NCBI GenBank assembly: GCA_963676565.1
Contig: OY781089.1
Coordinates: forward strand, 2,176,001 to 2,240,000
DNA length: 64,000 bases
DNA from: Halarcobacter sp.
GTDB taxonomy: Bacteria > Campylobacterota > Campylobacteria > Campylobacterales > Arcobacteraceae
Direction of reading: 5' to 3'
Position 1 is the first letter of the stretch, and each line of letters begins with the position of its first letter. The position numbers and the translations under genes are program-made. Shown here in pieces: positions 61,236 to 64,000 of this stretch. The notes under the pieces are model-generated. The model saw only the letters and a program-made list of their open reading frames with translations. It searched no databases and was not told where the DNA came from.

Positions 61236-64000
61236 TTACTTAATTCCTCTAGCTCCAATATTTCCATATCTATGGTATGAGTGTGAAACTGATTGCTCAG
61301 CAAAGTAGTTAAGAAGTTCTAGTCTTCCTTCCATCATAGGTTTAGCTCTTACAATATAAGTAACTGTTTTTGCAGCTTCTTTAAATACTGAAGCAGGTAC
61401 TTTTTCAATATCTGAATAGATTACTCTATCATATGATGCTAAATCTCTAGCAAATGAATTATCATCTTGAACTATCATAGAATCTCTGGCTGTAAATAAC
61501 GCCTCCTTTGATTTTTCTAAAAAGGCTTTTACTTCATCATTGTTGTTAATCGAAACTTTAAAATGAACACCTGAAACTCTTGCTGCTAAAATTCTCGAAA
61601 CAGTTTCAAAAACAGTATCATCATTTGATACTCTAATTAAAACATTTTTTAGAGGAATATATCTAAAGTGGTTATCTTCACCTCTTACATTACAATAATC
61701 TTTTTCTTGTGAGAACTCGTTTTCATAATTTTCATAATAAGATTGTAAAGCAACAGATAATTTTTCAATATCATCTTTACTAGCACCTTTACAAGAATCT
61801 ATAAATCTAGTAAGTTCTGTATTATATTTTTTTGAAACATTTGGTTTTGAAGTTTCAGTAAAATCTACAAATTGAGTAATATAATTGAAAATACCAACTT
61901 TTCTACCTGCACCAATTGCCGATTTACCCATTCCACCAAATGGCTGTCTAAGTACGATTGCACCAGTTGTTCCTCTATTTACATAAAGGTTTCCAGCTTT
62001 AAGATTAGCTTTCCAGTATTCAACTTCTCTTTCATCTAGTGATTCAATACCTGAAGTTAATCCATAACCAGTAGAGTTTACAATTTCAACAGCGTGTTTT
62101 AAATCTCTTGCTTTCATAACAGCAAGTACTGGTCCAAATAATTCATTCATATGGATAAAGTTACCCTCTTCTACTCCCCATTTGATAGAAGGTTTTAACA
62201 TATATTCATTATCATCAGCATATTCAGGAGCTAAAGCCCATTCTTCATTACCTTCTAAAGATTCAAGTGCTTTTTTAAGATTTCCAGAAACAGGATTTGC
62301 TAAAGTACCAATTCTATTTTTAAAATCCCAAACAGAACCAACACTCATTGATTTAGCAGTATCAATTAAAGCTTTTCTAAAGGCTTTATCATTATAAACC
62401 TCTTCTTCTAATACTAGAAGTGATGTAGCAGAACATTTTTGACCTGAATTATTAAAAGCACTTAAACATACATTTTTAACAGCTTGCTCTCTATCTGCCA
62501 TGTTTGTTACAATAGTTGCATCTTTTCCACCAGTTTCAGCTGTTAATAATAAATCTGATCTAGTCTCAAGCATTTTATAAGCTGTATCTTCACCACCAGT
62601 TAAAATAACATAATCAACATCTTTATTTGCAATTAGATGTTCACCCGCTAATGATCCAGGGCAAGGAACAAATTGAAGTACATTTTTCGAAATACCAGCA
62701 TCCCAAAAACATTTACACATCTCATAAGCAGTAAGAGCTGCTGCACTTGCTGGTTTTATAATTACAGTATTACCAGCAGCTAAAGTTGAAGATACTCCAC
62801 CTAAAGGGATTGCTACAGGAAAGTTCCATGGTGGAACAACAACTCCAACACCTTTTCCTTTAAATTTAATATTAGTATAATTTTCCCAATATTGTGTAGA
62901 ATGAGCATAGAACTCAATAAAATCAACTGCTTCACTTACTTCAACATCAGTTTCAGTAAAAATTTTGCCAACTTCAGCAGCTGCAACACCTATAAGGTCA
63001 TCCCTTCTTTCTCTAACTTTTATAGCTGCTTGCTTTAATAAAGCATGTCTCTCTTTGTAAGTTTTACTTCTCCACCCATCAACATCAGCTTTTGCAACCT
63101 CTACTGCTTTTTGTAAATCTTCAGCAGTTGCATTAGCAAATTTTCCTGCTAATACACCCTCTTTTAATTGTGATTTATCTATAGCTTCAATAACTTTTCT
63201 ATCACCAATTAAATCTTCACCAGCAACAACTACAGGTACAGTTTGATGTTCAGTATCTTTTGAGAATTTCCATTTTTTAACAATATTTTTTGCCCACTCT
63301 TGGTTAGCAGGAAGAACAAAGTCAGTATCTGCTTCCGCATGGTATTCACCTAAATCATAAGATGAACCATTAAAATCATCCCATTTCTCAGTTAGTCTAT
63401 TTTGAGTTCTTTTTGCACCAACAAATGATGTTTTCTCATTCTCAAAAGATTTTAAGAAAAGATCTTTTTGCATCTGCCAATCTTTACTTCCAACTTTAAG
63501 TCCAAAAGAGTATCTAATAAAGTTATCATCTCCTGTATTTTCATCCAATCTTCTAACAAGATATGCAATAGCATTTGTAAACTGTTCTTTTGAAGCTGTT
63601 GGAGCATAAAGGATTGGATTTTTAGTAATCTCTTTAATTGCAAGCCTTGCAGATTCACTCATACCTTCTAACATTTCCATTGTATGATACTCACTTGTAC
63701 CATTCTCTTTTGCTAATTCTGTTGCAAATGCTTGTTCAAATAGATTATGAGAACCTGTTCCAACATGCATATAAGGAGCATTTTCTTTTTGAAGAGCGAA
63801 TCTAACCATTCTTTTATAATTTGAATCTGTATCGCTTTTTTCAGTATATGTTACCATTTCCCAGTGTTTTTGAGAAGCTTCTGTTTCTTCCATCTCCATA
63901 TTAGCACCTTTTACAAGTCTAAACTTAATAGGTGCTCCACCAGCTTCAACTCTTTTCTTTGCCCATTGGCATAAATCTTTTTGAACATTAAATGAATCTG
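61236..64000 (-). CDS. putA: Bifunctional proline dehydrogenase / P5C dehydrogenase (5' part outside window)
   Basis: RLVKGA in the open frame upstream of the ORF-track start, AYLVRRLDEN, PWNFP, AETGGK, GQKCSA, ELFGP. Confidence 0.94.
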   Translation of the reverse strand, partial: DSFNVQKDLCQWAKKRVEAGGAPIKFRLVKGANMEMEETEASQKHWEMVTYTEKSDTDSNYKRMVRFALQKENAPYMHVGTGSHNLFEQAFATELAKENGTSEYHTMEMLEGMSESARLAIKEITKNPILYAPTASKEQFTNAIAYLVRRLDENTGDDNFIRYSFGLKVGSKDWQMQKDLFLKSFENEKTSFVGAKRTQNRLTEKWDDFNGSSYDLGEYHAEADTDFVLPANQEWAKNIVKKWKFSKDTEHQTVPVVVAGEDLIGDRKVIEAIDKSQLKEGVLAGKFANATAEDLQKAVEVAKADVDGWRSKTYKERHALLKQAAIKVRERRDDLIGVAAAEVGKIFTETDVEVSEAVDFIEFYAHSTQYWENYTNIKFKGKGVGVVVPPWNFPVAIPLGGVSSTLAAGNTVIIKPASAAALTAYEMCKCFWDAGISKNVLQFVPCPGSLAGEHLIANKDVDYVILTGGEDTAYKMLETRSDLLLTAETGGKDATIVTNMADREQAVKNVCLSAFNNSGQKCSATSLLVLEEEVYNDKAFRKALIDTAKSMSVGSVWDFKNRIGTLANPVSGNLKKALESLEGNEEWALAPEYADDNEYMLKPSIKWGVEEGNFIHMNELFGPVLAVMKARDLKHAVEIVNSTGYGLTSGIESLDEREVEYWKANLKAGNLYVNRGTTGAIVLRQPFGGMGKSAIGAGRKVGIFNYITQFVDFTETSKPNVSKKYNTELTRFIDSCKGASKDDIEKLSVALQSYYENYENEFSQEKDYCNVRGEDNHFRYIPLKNVLIRVSNDDTVFETVSRILAARVSGVHFKVSINNNDEVKAFLEKSKEALFTARDSMIVQDDNSFARDLASYDRVIYSDIEKVPASVFKEAAKTVTYIVRAKPMMEGRLELLNYFAEQSVSHSYHRYGNIGARGIK

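Noticed and set aside
180..63658. Many 60-170 aa ORFs antisense or off-frame to known genes (e.g. 180-434, 2847-3236, 22940-23278, 31009-31455, 36001-36381, 49908-50408, 53846-54256)
   Set aside because: Shadow ORFs fully inside well-supported genes, with no recognisable motifs or SD.
1..64000. CRISPR array, tRNA/rRNA genes, IS elements and phase-variable G/C tracts
   Set aside because: No regularly spaced repeats, cloverleafs, transposases or long G/C homopolymers seen by eye. Intergenic gaps are all about 300 nt or shorter.

Overview
AT-rich core-chromosome segment of a Campylobacterota bacterium, most consistent with Arcobacteraceae. This rests on HobA, XerH, futalosine-pathway MqnC and the metG-fbp-mobB-slt-yggT-gltX2 and lysC-hobA-holB-folP gene orders; the taxon is inferred from protein similarity recalled from memory. 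It is densely coding (about 57 CDS, mostly minus strand) with no rRNA, tRNA, CRISPR, IS or prophage that I can support. Signals the ORF track misses: (1) a probable 6S RNA upstream of purD; (2) a dif-like 8-6-8 palindrome directly upstream of xerH; (3) a candidate new ~90-100 nt sRNA near 61.1 kb with its own -10 box, a long stem and an anti-Shine-Dalgarno C-rich loop; (4) a probable non-canonical ATA start for ftsK; (5) an internal in-frame start for the aspartokinase beta subunit; (6) full-length but catalytically eroded GluRS2 and lytic transglycosylase genes; (7) a stand-alone LexA/CI-like S24 repressor with a candidate operator inside its promoter; (8) four acidic [FY]GF[FY] repeats replacing the P2 domain of CheA; (9) orphan minimal flagellin-like and rod/hook-like proteins. 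No searches were run, so all homology calls are from motif recognition.
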